Shown: positions 38,479 through 51,600 of the stretch, one piece after another
Layout: each line of letters starts with the position of its first letter
Numbering within the stretch: position 1 is the stretch's first letter
Assembly (NCBI GenBank): GCA_964016885.1
Contig: OZ024751.1
Coordinates: 41,292,001 to 41,356,000, forward strand
DNA length: 64,000 nt
Direction: 5' to 3'
DNA from: Eledone cirrhosa
Taxonomy: Eukaryota
Position numbers and translations under genes: made by a program
Notes under the pieces: generated by a model
Told to the model about the DNA's origin: nothing
Database searches by the model: none
Seen by the model: the letters and a program-made list of their open reading frames with translations, nothing else

Positions 38479-38586
38479 CTTTAGTTGAATTTTCGGCAAC
38501 AAATTTTCAATGTATTCTTGTTTTTCCAAGATATCATTCCATTTAATTAGGATGTGTTCCTCAAACCAATCATTGGTGCAAGACAT
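38479..38586 (-). CDS. Extended-Tudor protein, first coding exon
   Basis: tttttag|aATG...AAG|gtaaat; MSCTNDWFEEHILIKWNDILEKQEYIENLLPKIQLK, phase 0 matching the next exon. Confidence 0.78.
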
Positions 38587-39445
38587 TCTAAAAAGACAAC
38601 AGAAAAAACAAATTAAACAAGACAGAAGCTTAATAAACACAAAAAATATCGAACTACTGACTAACTTAAAGTAGACTGTCCCAGGGTAAAGGTCATAGAA
38701 AATCCAGAGTGTTGGGAAGAAGACCATGAGAAAAATTGAGAAATTTTAATTATATGAGGGTCACACGAAAAATTCCAAGGCTGACCAAGATACTCTCATG
38801 GAATGACCAAATGAGGTTTATTTTTCAACATAATTTCCGGAAAGAAACAATGCAGTTATTAATAAGAAGAGTTGAAATTAATGCATGCAAGATTTCACAG
38901 CTCTAGCATCACTCCTTCATAGTCAGCCTATGAACTTTTCATACATAGTTACTGACCACTAGCTTGGTGTTTTATTTTCCAGGCAATGCCATGTGGCCAT
39001 CTAGTTATTAACCACCAGCTTGGTGTTTTATTTCCCAAGCAATGCCAAGCAGCCATCTAGTTATACATATACAGATAATAACCCAACCTACTCAATCTAA
39101 CACCCGCATCTCTCTTTGGAATAGAGACCAGCTGTTGAAGTGATCACAATCCCACAATAAAAAAAACAATTAGAATATTTGTTAAATGGTTCTTGGTCAG
39201 CTAGTTCTAAGATAGATATCTCCTTCAACCAACATTAATCATTTGTTTTATGTTATGTATGATACATGAAAACATTTACAACACTTCCTTTTCAACTGCA
39301 TTCCATAATACTCAAAACAACAGAAGTATATTGTTAACAGTTGTTCTATAGCTCTTCATTACTATCCAGTTCTTTTATTGTATTTGTTTATCTCTCCTTC
39401 TTTCTCTTGTTCTCTCTCTCACCCACATGCATTATAAAATGACAA

Positions 39446-39485
<40 letters not shown>

Positions 39486-40076
39486 ATGTATGTATGCCCT
39501 CCCCCACACACACATGGACATCAATTTCATGATAACATTGGATGGAGTCGTAGAGGCACCAAGTTTATACCTATATTTGTATTTAGATTTTTATCTTTGC
39601 TTTTATCTGCAAACCCTAAAAATTATCTTGATCTCATGACATAAGGGGTACATACATACACACACCACAAAACAAAAACTCTATATCTACTTTTAGCTTT
39701 TTTCAGTTACTATCACAAACCCCAAAATACTAAGCTTTTGACTCAATTGAACCCTACCTAAATACCCCCCCCCCCCTCACACACACACATCAAAAATACC
39801 ATCTGAACCATTATTATAGAAAATGCATTTTCTATTTTTAACCAAATGAATTCAATTGAATCTGGACCTGCTAAACTCCACTTCCACACTGTACCTTCAT
39901 AAAGAACATTTTCACAGAATTCCCAAACTGCCGAAAGAATATATGGAAAACTTTTCTTAATATTCAATAAGATTGATATACCACCAAAACCAGTTATATT
40001 TAATGCAACAATTATAAAATTATCCATTGTTGGATTAAAGAAAAAACAAACTTTAACCCTTTAGCATTTACATTAC

Positions 40077-40530
40077 CGCGGAGTGGGGAGACCCAAGATG
40101 ACTTGGGATGAGGTGATAAAAGCCGACCTTACCCAACTACACCTCTCAAAGACAATGACACACGACCGTTACTTCTGGCGTCACGCAGTAATACAGGGTA
40201 CCCGACCTCCCATGGGTACATGCTGAAGCATATAAACAATATGCCCCCACTCCCCCCACCGCAAGGTGGTCGTGGAGGTGCCACGGCAAAAAAGCACCCA
40301 GCCCACACTGTAAAGTGGACGTGTAGGCGCCACGAAAAAGCACCCAGCACTCACTGTAAATGAGGTTGGTGTTAGGAAGGGCATCCAGCTGTAGAAATCA
40401 AGCCAGATCAGTTCCTGTATGAGCAAGGCATGGTCAGCCGACCAGACACTGCCCACAACAGGACAACCCGTCTAACCCATGCTAGCGTGGAAGAACGGAC
40501 GTAAAACGGTGATGATGATGATGATGATGA
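40077..40530 (+). mobile_element. RTE LINE 3' end (second subfamily) inserted in a piggyBac-type MITE
   Basis: RGVGRPKMTWDEVIKADL remnant, then a 3' UTR shared with SINE B and a (GAT)n tail; an inverted homolog lies at ~31368-31728. Confidence 0.75.
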
Positions 40531-40765
40531 TTACTCTATATTTACTATTTTATTTTCATGGTGAACTCTTTATCTCTCATAATTATCTCACATAATATCA
40601 AAAGAACAATACCTTAACATGAGTATTAGAAACCGGTTATGGCCAGTTTGAACAGAAAGTGGTGAGAGAATTCTTGGCGGATTCAGCCAGTTTAAATGCT
40701 GAAAGGGTAAATATACTTCTGCGTTTTTTCACTTTGACTTTTTAACTATATATAGAGAGATAGAT

Positions 40766-40828
<63 letters not shown>

Positions 40829-41349
40829 TAGATAGAGAGAGAGAGAGAGAGAGAGCCGATTAAAACTAGAGATATATAATTGTTTCTACGTTAGGCACAA
40901 GGCCAGCAATTACCCAGTGCATTACTGGTACTTTATTTTATCGACCCCGTAAGGATGAAAGGCAAAGTCAACCTCGGCGGGATTTGAACTCAGATCGTAA
41001 AGGGACGTAACTATGCTGGAAAGCATGGCGTCCGATCCTCTACCGATACTGCCAATCCACCGCCCTGACTAGAACTAGAGATAACTAATATGTCAGAAAA
41101 CTAGAGATAAATAATATGTCAGAAAGGCAAGATGCAGAATGGTTACTATAGCAACCCCACATATCATCATCATCAACGTTTTACATCAATTTTTCCATGC
41201 TAGCATGAGTTAGATGGGTTGTCCTGTTGTGGGCAATGCTAGGTCAGATGACCATGTCTTGCACATACAGAACTTATTTTGGCTTGGTTTCTACAGTTGG
41301 ATGCACTTCCTAACACCAACCTCATTTACAGTAAGTACTGGGTGCTTTT

Positions 41350-41847
41350 TTGTTGTCACCAGCACAACCACTTTACAGTGTGGGCTGGGTACTTTTTGTT
41401 GTGTCACCAGCATGACAACTTTACACTGTGGGCTGGGTACTTTTTGTCGTGACACCTACACGACCATTTTACACTGTGGGCTTTTTGTCGTGACACCTAC
41501 ACGACCACTTTACAGTGTGGGCTGGGTGCTTTGTGGCGTGACACCTACACAACCACTTTACAGTGTGGCCTGGGTGCTTTGTGGCGTGACACCTACACGA
41601 CCACTTTACAGTGGGGGCTGGGTGCTTTGTGGCGTGACACCTACACGACCACTTTACAGTGTGGGCTGGGTGCTTTGTGGCGTGACACCTACACAACCAC
41701 TTTACAGTGTGGGCTGGGTGCTTTGTGGCGTGACACCTACACGACCACTTTACACTGTGGGCTGGGTGCTTTGTGGCGTGACACCTACACAACCACTTTA
41801 CAGTGTGGGCTGGGTGCTTTGTGACGTGACACCTACACGGCCACTTA
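41350..41847. repeat. 48-bp minisatellite (~10 copies) inside a SINE B/RTE 3' UTR copy
   Basis: Unit GTGGCGTGACACCTACACGACCACTTTACAGTGTGGGCTGGGTGCTTT. Confidence 0.92.
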
Positions 41848-44312
41848 ACAGTTTTTTAGGGTACTTCCCCTTTAAGGTTTTAGAGGTTGACAGGTCTGCA
41901 ACTATGTAAATAAAGTATAGCTGATTCGTGTACAGGGTCGGACGCCATGCTTTGACGCATAGAGTTACGGCCCTTGCCGTTCTGAGTTCAAATCCCGCCG
42001 AGGTTAAGTTTGCCTTTCATCGTTACGGGTTCGATAAAATAAAGTACCAGTAATACACTGGAATAATTGCTGGCCTTGTGCCAAAAGTAGAAACAATTAT
42101 ATTATAAGGTAGGATTTAGTGAAAGTGAAAACAGTTGAAATTAAATTGAAATTATTATTGAACGTAGTATTTTAGTATTTTTCTTTAAATACTTTACTGC
42201 CTGGAAAAGAAAAAAATAAAGATTGGTAGAATTCGGAGTGTTGAGATATTGAAACATCAATTGAAATATAAAATCATTCTTATAACGAGAGAGAGAGGGG
42301 GAGAGAGAGAGAGAGAGGGAGAAACCTACGTGTTCAAATATTGTGATTGACCAATAGCAGTACTTGAAACAAGGAAGAACTGACATTAACCCTTTAGCAT
42401 TTACATTACTCTATATTTACTATTGTATTTTCACGGTAAACACTTTATCTCACATAATTATCTCATATAATATCGAATCTACGAGATTTTGATATTTATT
42501 TTGAGAACAATACCTTAACATAGTTATGAGCGGTCAGTTACAGCCAGTTTGAACAGAAGGGGGGCAGAATTTTAGCCGGATATGGTCAGTTTAAATGCTA
42601 AAGGGTTAAGGACTTGAAAAATATGCTTGAGAAAAGATGAAGGGGTGGGGGTCTTTTAAAGATCTTCCGCTGTCTAGCTCTCCCGAGTTTCTTACCACTA
42701 GTTTTATGACATTAAAGTTTTAAAGTTTTGAAATCTGTCCCAAACTCGGAGGCTCACCAGGCTAGTGCTTATTTCGGTTTCTTTGTCGTTAAGCGACTGA
42801 GAATACCAGACCTATCAACTCTCTCCGTCCGACGGGGAGACCTCTCACCCACTTTAGGGTTGGTGAGAGATGTATAGCTTTCATTTATGTAAAAATCTCC
42901 CCAATTTTGCCTCATTTCTCCCCGTTTTGGAGCACTATATTTCATGGCACTCCCCGTTTGGGTTTTTAGAGGTTGGCAAGTCTGGAATACAAGATATCCT
43001 CCATCTCCTGGACAGGACGCTACTCAATCGCAAGGAAAACCTCCAGCTGGTATTCATTTTCATGAGTGGGTTAGAACAACTTGAAATGAAGTGTTTTTGT
43101 TCAAGAACGCAACGCACCACCGGGTTCAGGAATCGAATCTATGATATGAATAAATTCTTTATTTGTCAACATAGCCGTCATCATAATATCACAAATAAAG
43201 AGAAAAAGAATTTAAAACACACACACACCAGCAGATAATATACACATTTAGGACCACATACAACAAAAGGCAGGCAAAAGGGGTGGACAAACGAACCGTG
43301 GCCAGAACAAAAGATAACCTTCATTATGATTGTAAGTCCAATAGCCTAACCATGAAGTAACTCAGAAAGTTTTCTGACAACCAAGTCGGTGACGAGAAAG
43401 GTGACACCAAACTAGTTGTTGATAAAGATATCAATGTCATATCTATTTCAATAGAATGTATAAATATAAACATGTACGCACGTATGATAGTTTTGTTTTA
43501 ATGGAAAACATACGAAAAGGAGAAACAGAAAAGGAACGAAGAATGAAGTAACGAAAGAAAGGGAGAGGAAGAGAGAGACAGTCATTACATCCCAGTCTGA
43601 GTGGTGACTCAGCCACGCTCCGCGTATTACCGCGGAGAATAGCCAGAGACACCTGTTGCACCAACCACCCCCACCTCACGGAGCTCCTTGCTCAACTGGG
43701 CCGCCGTCTTTCCGATTTTACGGAGGAAATCAGCAGTGCGAGGACCAAGGACATCAGAGGTCTCGACGGATGGCGGTACAAAGAGTAAGCGGCCGGTCAG
43801 ACCCTGGTATTATATAAAAAAAACAAGAAAAGTCGAAAAAAAAACTTCACACTCAATCACAGGCCACAACAAGGGGTGCAGGAGTTCCCCCTCTAATAAT
43901 TGTTTAGACAAGCCAATACATTCGCAGCATAGTGATAGCGAAACTGAGACAATGGAATAATGAAGCACCATCTCTTAGTAGGTCGGTACGGCGACCCGCC
44001 CAATAATGGCAAGAACTTCGTTGTCAGCAGCCCAGCTCTTACAAACATCTCGAACGTCAGAGGGTTTAAAAAATTTAGTTTACTGATAATATAGTTATGC
44101 TTAAATGTCAATAGTAGTGATTTAAAGCAATTAACAGCAAATAGAATCACAGTAATTTTTTTTTTTTTTCAATTTCGAGTAATCTGGGAAACGATTAAAC
44201 GTTATTAATGGTATATTATTGCTCGCACTCTGCGATAATATTACGAAAATCTCAGCAAAATCTCTTAAGCTAGTATTAAGTTGGCGAAAGAAAAGTGATG
44301 AATAAAACTTAC

Positions 44313-44600
44313 TTGAAAAGTCGAAGATCAGAGTAACGCAGACAATAAAATATAAAAATAAGTTCTCAATTCCAAATGCAACGAAATTTTCGAGCTGCTG
44401 TCATTGTTTCTAAAAGGAACATTATCTTAATAATAACGTGTCCACGCTATAAGGATGCGAACTAATTCACGATGACGTTCAACACTTAACACAATAGACA
44501 TAAACAATTACGTAAGAGCGCAGTTAAGAGGAAACAACCTAAGCTAGAGTAAACATCCGCCCACGTGTATTCAACCTCCCACCAAAGATAGCTTGTGATT
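44313..44600 (-). promoter_or_regulatory. Candidate non-coding exon 1 and promoter of the Tudor gene
   Basis: Strong donor CAA|GTAAGT at 44313/44312 in locally CpG-enriched unique sequence with TGACGT, CACGTG and CCGCCC motifs upstream; the next downstream exon has its ATG one base after the acceptor, so an upstream UTR exon is needed. Confidence 0.45.
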
Positions 44601-46514
44601 TTCAGCAGTAGTTTGGTATCAATTGCTAAGTGAAGTTTTTGCTAGGTGGATTGGCAGTATCGGTAGAGGATCGGACGCCATGCTTTCCAGCATAGTTACG
44701 TCCCTTTACGATCTGAGTTCAAATCCCGCCGAGGTTGACTTTGCCTTTCATCCTTACGGGGTCGATAAAATAAAGTACCAGTAATGTACGGAAGTAATTG
44801 CTGGCCTTGTGCCAAAAGTAGAAACAATTATTTTCAAAGAAAATAAAAAAGGGGCACCCAAACTTTTTAAACCATTGACCACTTCATGGAATCCTTGATA
44901 AGTCATCGACCTCAGACATGTACAAAAAAAAAATTAATAATTGTTTCTACTTTTGGCACAAGGCCAGCAATTACGCAGTACATTACTGGTACTTTATTTT
45001 ATAGACCCCCGTAAGGATGAAAGGCAAAGTTAACCTAAAGTTAAAATAAATTAATAATTGTTTCTACTTTTGGCACAAGCACAGTGTATTACTGGTACTT
45101 TATTTTATCGACCCCGTAAGGATGAAAGCAAAGTTAACCTTGGCGGGATTTGAACTCAGACCGTAAAGGGACGTAACTATGCTTTAAAGCATGGCGTCCG
45201 ACTCAATATCTAAATATAAATGTATACATATGCACCCCCCCCCCCACACACGCACACCTACAGAAGTGTAATGAATCTTGGAACTCTAGTCTGTGTTTTC
45301 TATAGTTTGTCACACACCTCCTTCCTTCCAGTCATCCCAGATATTTTCTTCATCACATGACACCAGATAATTATATAAACACAATGGATATTATTATATT
45401 TGATGATATAAGTTTATAAAGTTGTATTTTAGGTATTTTTATTTCTTTTACGAATGTCAACATTCAGTCCCAAAAGTTCAATAAAGAATTTAACCCTTTC
45501 ATGACTGCATTTCTAATGAAATACACATTTTAATTAATTAATGATGAATTTTGAGGGATTTACTAAAATTACTAATTATTTCATTACTTAGATAGTAACT
45601 TAATGTAAGGTTCTTATAAAAAATTATGTTGGAAGATTTTAATTCAAATTAGAAACCTTTAAAATGGGTGGTTTTATTTCATAGAATCAGAGCTGGTTTT
45701 GACCGGGCTGGTAATTAACCCTTTAGCATTTAAACTGACCATATCCAGCCAGAATTCTCTCACCTCTTTCTGTTAAAACCAGCTGTAATTTGCTGCTCAT
45801 AGTGATGTTAAGGTATTGTTCTCAAAATAATGACATCAAAATCTCATAGATTCGATATTACATGAGATAATTATGTAAGATAAAGCCTTTACTGTGAAAA
45901 TACAATAGTAAGTGTAAAATAATGTAAATGCTAAAGGGTTAAAGGGTTAATTTTTAATGTGATGCAGTCATAGTGTTGTTTTGTACTTTTTAAGTTTACC
46001 ATGATAATGCAATTCCATGTAGTTTGTTAATTCAAATGTTTATAGTATCTTTACTAGTGGATAGCTCGTTGTGAACATTTGCAGTAAATTAAAGAACCCT
46101 AATTCTAAACATAACACAATTATATTGTTGTGTTGTTTTGTGGTTTCATACGATATGTCAAGATTTAAATATCAATAGCAAAATTTCAATGTTTTGCTGT
46201 ATGATATGTGAGCCAAAGACCATATGTTAGTTATTTTTGCTATTTGAAAAGAAGTCAAACTGCTCTTTCTCAACTAATTGTTAGCTTATCCTTTTATTTT
46301 TCACTAGCTCTCACATTAGATCAGACAGGATTTATTTCAATTGTTAACCTTTTCTACCATTTCAGAAATACATATACAATCAATTTTCTTTCTTTTTTTT
46401 TTTGTATGTTTAATTATTTATTTTTTATTCATTTTTGTCCATTGTTTTCTTGCATGAATTAACAAGAAAATATTTGTTTGTTCCCACATCACAATTAAAT
46501 CGACTCTTTACTCT

Positions 46515-47078
46515 TTTTATCTTGTTCAGAACATTGTCCTCCTGGAAACTGTTCAGAGATGTGCAACCAAGCAAATACCCTCCATCAGGCATCTACCATA
46601 CTCTGAATGCCTTGCTTCCCTGGGCATGGATACATTGAAGCTCTGACGTTTGGCAATTGACTTGGTAAACACCCACAAAATTATTAACCACCGTGCCAAC
46701 AACAACCCTGAGCACCTTTTTAATTTCCATGTGTCTAACACACGTGGGCATGCCCACAAAGTCAGAAAACAGCACAGCTCCCATGACTTTTGGAAACATT
46801 TTTTCACGTGCAGAGTTACTGAAGCATGGAACAAACTATTTGCATCAGTTGTTAGCTGCCGAGACACTGCATCCTTTAAAACCTCCAAGCTTCCTGAAAT
46901 TTGCCAATACTATACCTGATATCCCCCACTCCATACACACACACACATGTATATCATGACTCATACACTGTCCATTTTCCTGACATTTGTATATTATTCT
47001 ATATACTATACATGCACCTTTGATGAGATGTAGTGCATCTGAGCACTGTACAAAACAATTTCATTATTATTATTATTA
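46515..47078 (+). mobile_element. CR1/L2-clade LINE 3' fragment
   Basis: DLVNTHKII...NTRGHAHKVRK...FFTCRVTEAWNKL...SFK; same family as 10172-10476; (ATT)n tail. Confidence 0.85.
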
Positions 47079-48680
47079 TCTATTAATGCCATATAAAGGG
47101 TTGGGGATTGGTGGCAGAATCAGTGGAGCATCAGAGAAAATGCTTTGTAGTATTAGTTTAGACATTTTATGTTCTGAGTTCAAATCCTGCCAAGGTTAGC
47201 TTTGCCTTTCATCCTTACGGGGTCGATGAAATAAAGTACCAGTAATACACTGGGATAATTGCTGGCCTTGTGCCAAAAGTAGAAACAATTGTTATAGGGT
47301 TGTGATTTGGCAGTATAGGAAGAGCAATGGCCCTTTGCATTCAGAGTTCAAATCCTGCCAAAGTTAGCTTAGCCTTTCATCCTTACGAGATCGATAAAAT
47401 AAAATACCAGTAATGCACTGGGATCTATTTAATTGACTCTTCCCTTACCCCCAAACCATCAATTCAATGCTAAGTATGTCAATCAGTCAAACACCACAAG
47501 GGTCAACACGCTTGCAGCATTACCACATATGATGGTGAGGCTAAGGCAATGAAACAACCAAGCACCCTTACAGGCATCACCTGACACCTCAGTAAAGCAA
47601 GCTAGTAACGATGACAAGAACTTTGCTATCAGTGGCCCAGCTCCCCCAAACATCTCAAATGCCACAGGCTGGAAAAAAATAGTTAATTGTTTAATGTAAA
47701 GTAAAAAAATGTTTAAATAAAAATTCAATTTGCTTCAATTTTATTGTAATTCATGCTAATACTTAGCATAGATGGTATTTTTATCTAAAATAAAAATAAT
47801 TTTTGAATGTATAAAATATGGTGGCTGATGTGTGTATTTTTCTTTGTATAGAATTAAATGAAAAGGTTCTGAAAATTATAAAAATGAATGCCGAGGATGA
47901 AAGAACAGTTGAAGTCATCATCATTATTGTTTAACGTCTATCTTCCACGCTAGCATGGGTTAGACGGGAATTGTCCCACTTGAGGCAAGATTGATCGGGT
48001 GATCATGTCTCGCCCATATAGGACTGTATCTAGCAGGTTTTCTATGGCTGGATGCCCTTCCTAACACCAACCATAGTTACAGTGTGGACTGGGTGTTTTT
48101 TTGTCATGACACCTACACAACCTCTTTAGTTTGGACTGAAGTCTTCTGTAATAAACTGTACCTTAGTATTTTCCTTCACATTTAGTAATGAAAATCCTTT
48201 TTTAGAGAGAGAAAGTGATACACTTTTATCAAATTGGACGGTTTACAATATATATATTTTTTTGTGTCTATAATCATCATCATCATATATATTTATTGTA
48301 TATTTGTAAAATGTAACAAAGTAAAATTAAAATCAACAGAAAAAATGATAGATTCAACGAGATTACGAACAGTAGTGAGTTTCTGTTGGAGTTTGGAGTT
48401 TTCTATAAACTCATCATTTCAGGTCATCATCATCATCACCATTTAACGTCCATTTTCTCACTTAAGCATGGGTTAAAGAAGTTGTCCCGTTGTGAGACAA
48501 GTTAGATCAGGTGACCGTGTCTTGCTCATACAGAACTGGTTCTGGCTTGGTTTCTACAGTTGGATGCCCTTCCTAATGTCAACCCCATTTACTGTGTGGA
48601 CTAGGAGATTTTTATTGTGACACCAAAATGACCACTTTTATTGTTGTGACACACATAAAAAAATGGGCTTCATGACATAG

Positions 48681-51600
48681 TTATGTGTCAGCTGAGTGGC
48701 TTTGTGTTACAAAATGAGTATTACCATCATTATCGGAAATAGCCTGCTTACTACCAAATATCAAATCGTTTTGGGGATTAGTGCTAGAAACATCATCCAC
48801 ATGTTCAAATGCTTTAATAATTGCAGTGCTACATGTGGACTGATTAGTGTCAGAAAATGAGTCATCTTTTGTACATAGATTATCATCTTCCTGTATAGGA
48901 TTTGTAGTAGAAATTTTTATTTTGCTAATCTCTTCACCTTCAAATTCCCCACAATCTATTGATGCAATATCTGGTTTCAAATCTTCTTCTTCAACACAAT
49001 TTTGAAATTTTTCAAACTCTGCAGCATTTTGAGTATCATTTGACATATTAGCTGTGTTCCCATTAAATGATATATTGGACAAATTAGAAGTTATCTCAGA
49101 GGGACAAACTAAAAGCTGTTCATCTGAGGGAAAAGGTTCAGATTTTATATTAACAGTAGATTGCAAATCAATATTAGAATCTACTTCGATGCTGGGTTTG
49201 CAGTCTAAAATATCAGTTTCTGTGTTATAATGTGTTGAATGGAGATTGCTTGAAGAATGATTGCTGTTTCCTGTAGTTAGAATTTTATCAGATGGTCCTG
49301 AATCACATTTAGATACTGTATTTGGTAAGTTTTCTATAAATTGTTCAGAAGAATTTGATGTAGTTAACAATCTTGATTGATTCAAGCTGTTATCATCTAT
49401 AATATTACTGTTGAAAAATAATGGTGATGAGGGAACTCTTAACTTAGTTACAAGATTTATATTTTCAGAATGTTCATTTGTTGACTGTGTTATATCAGGA
49501 AGAATATTACTTGATGTTGGATCTGAGAAGCAATGACTAAAGTTACTTGACTGGACTAATCTGTCATTAAGCTGTTGCCTATCTCCAGAGACTGTTGTTG
49601 AATTTCTATCATCTCTTGAGCTCTGACAAATTCTCTTATGTCGTGTCAACTGAATGTGAAATGTAAATGCACAACTACAGTTGGTACATTTAAATGGTTT
49701 CTCTCCTGTATGTGTACGGATGTGAGTATTCAAATTACTGCGATCAGAAAAAGCTTTTCCACAGTACTGGCACTTGAAAGGCTTGTCACCTGTGTGGTGT
49801 CGAATATGGGCTTTCAAGTGACTAGTCTGTTGAAATGTCTTTGAACAGAATCGACACTTGAGACTTTCCCGCTTTAAACTATACAGGTTTTGGGCATGAT
49901 GAGTTCTTTTATGTTTATCCAGTAACAGCTGCTGAAAAAATAGCTTCATGCAAAACTCACAACGATATACTTTCTTGGTGCTAAAATTAGCGCTATGCGT
50001 CTTAAGGTGTAAATTAAGTAATTTACAAGATGGAAATTTACGTTCGCAATAATTACACATAAAGCTTCCATTGTTGTTAAGTTCTGAAGATGATGAGAAA
50101 ACTGAATTATCTGTCAGTTGTTTTTTATGTTGGTTTATGACATCAATATTGGGAGGCAACTTCCATAGATCGATAGCTAATGAAGACAGTCTTCCAGTAT
50201 TTGAAAATAAACCAACAGGCTGTGGTGGGTTGTCATGAGAAGTTTTATTAGCCACTAATTCCTTTCTGAAGACATTTTGAGAGGAAAATGTTTGTGAATT
50301 CTGAGTTGAAATTGGTGCAGTGATAAAGTTAGAATCTTGATCTTTCGATAATAGTTGACATTCTTGACTATGTCTTTTGAAAAGGAGAGGAGATGCAAAA
50401 GCTTGTTTGCATGTTTGACAATGATACAATTTCCCCGATGAATGCGTTTGTAAATGATTGTCTAAAGTAAAGCTGTTTGGAAATATACAATGACAAATAG
50501 GACATATGAAATTGTTATCGTTTTTTAATTTCTGCTTTAAGGTTTTCTGAGCTAAGCTCTCCTGAAAGACCCCATCTTTTAAGAAGTGGCTCTTTTCATG
50601 AAGTCGTAAATGACAATCACGTGTAAACGTCATATCACAATATTCGCACTGAAACAGAATTTCTTGGGGGTGAAGTTTTAAATGAACTGCCAGGTCTGTA
50701 AATCGGAAGAAAGTCTCACCACAAAACTCACATTCATATACTTTACTTCCTGTGTGTAGTCTGATATGAACTGCTAGAGTAGTTACTAGTTTGTAAACCT
50801 TACCACAATAACAACAGGGAAACAAGCTATTATTTGCAGCCAAACTCTCCCTGTTTCTTTGAATATACGATGAGGCACTGGATCTCATTTCAATGTTTTC
50901 ATCCAAATTGTAAAATATGCCCTGTTTCACAGAAGAACCCCCTTCCTCTCCAGACAGGGTTGATAAGTTTACTTGAATAACATTATCATTGTAACAGCTT
51001 TTGTTAGCAGTTCCTGAGATTTTGTTACAAGACAAAGGATCATTCAGAGAATCTTGATCTTCAGAATATCGAGATGATTTTGTAATATGACTTTCTGAAT
51101 TATTTCTGTTATAAACATCTGGATCACACTGATTCTCTGTTAAGTTCTGTTGAGTAGATATATTATCTACTTCTAGATCTTTTATAGAAGATGTATCGTG
51201 ATAATTAATATTTGGTTTTTGATCAACCTGCTCTAAACTGTTCCCAAGTCTTGAAAGGATTAAATTATCTGACTTATTACTGGTAAGAATTTTGTCATTA
51301 TGATCCAGTAATTCAGCTTCTTTGTGTAGATTAGAGGTACTAAAAGGTAATGATTCAGTTTGATCATTGTAAACCTGAACTGATAAATTATCTTTTAACT
51401 GGGTCTCATGACTGTTAAATTTACTATCAGTTGTTTTATCAACGAAAAATGCATCGTCAGCTTGGACAAGTTTCTTAGAATGACCAGAGTTATTTGTCAT
51501 ATCAGTTTGTTCTGCAGTACTTTGAGGAGGAATTTGCAAAGAATTTGTTCGTTTTTGATATTGGTGGATCTGTGCTAATGTTGAAGGCTTACAAACCCTT

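Noticed and set aside
39758-40027. 89-aa ORF faintly resembling a LINE APE endonuclease start
   Set aside because: Motif spacing is too short and there is no supporting neighbouring sequence; cannot be supported by eye.
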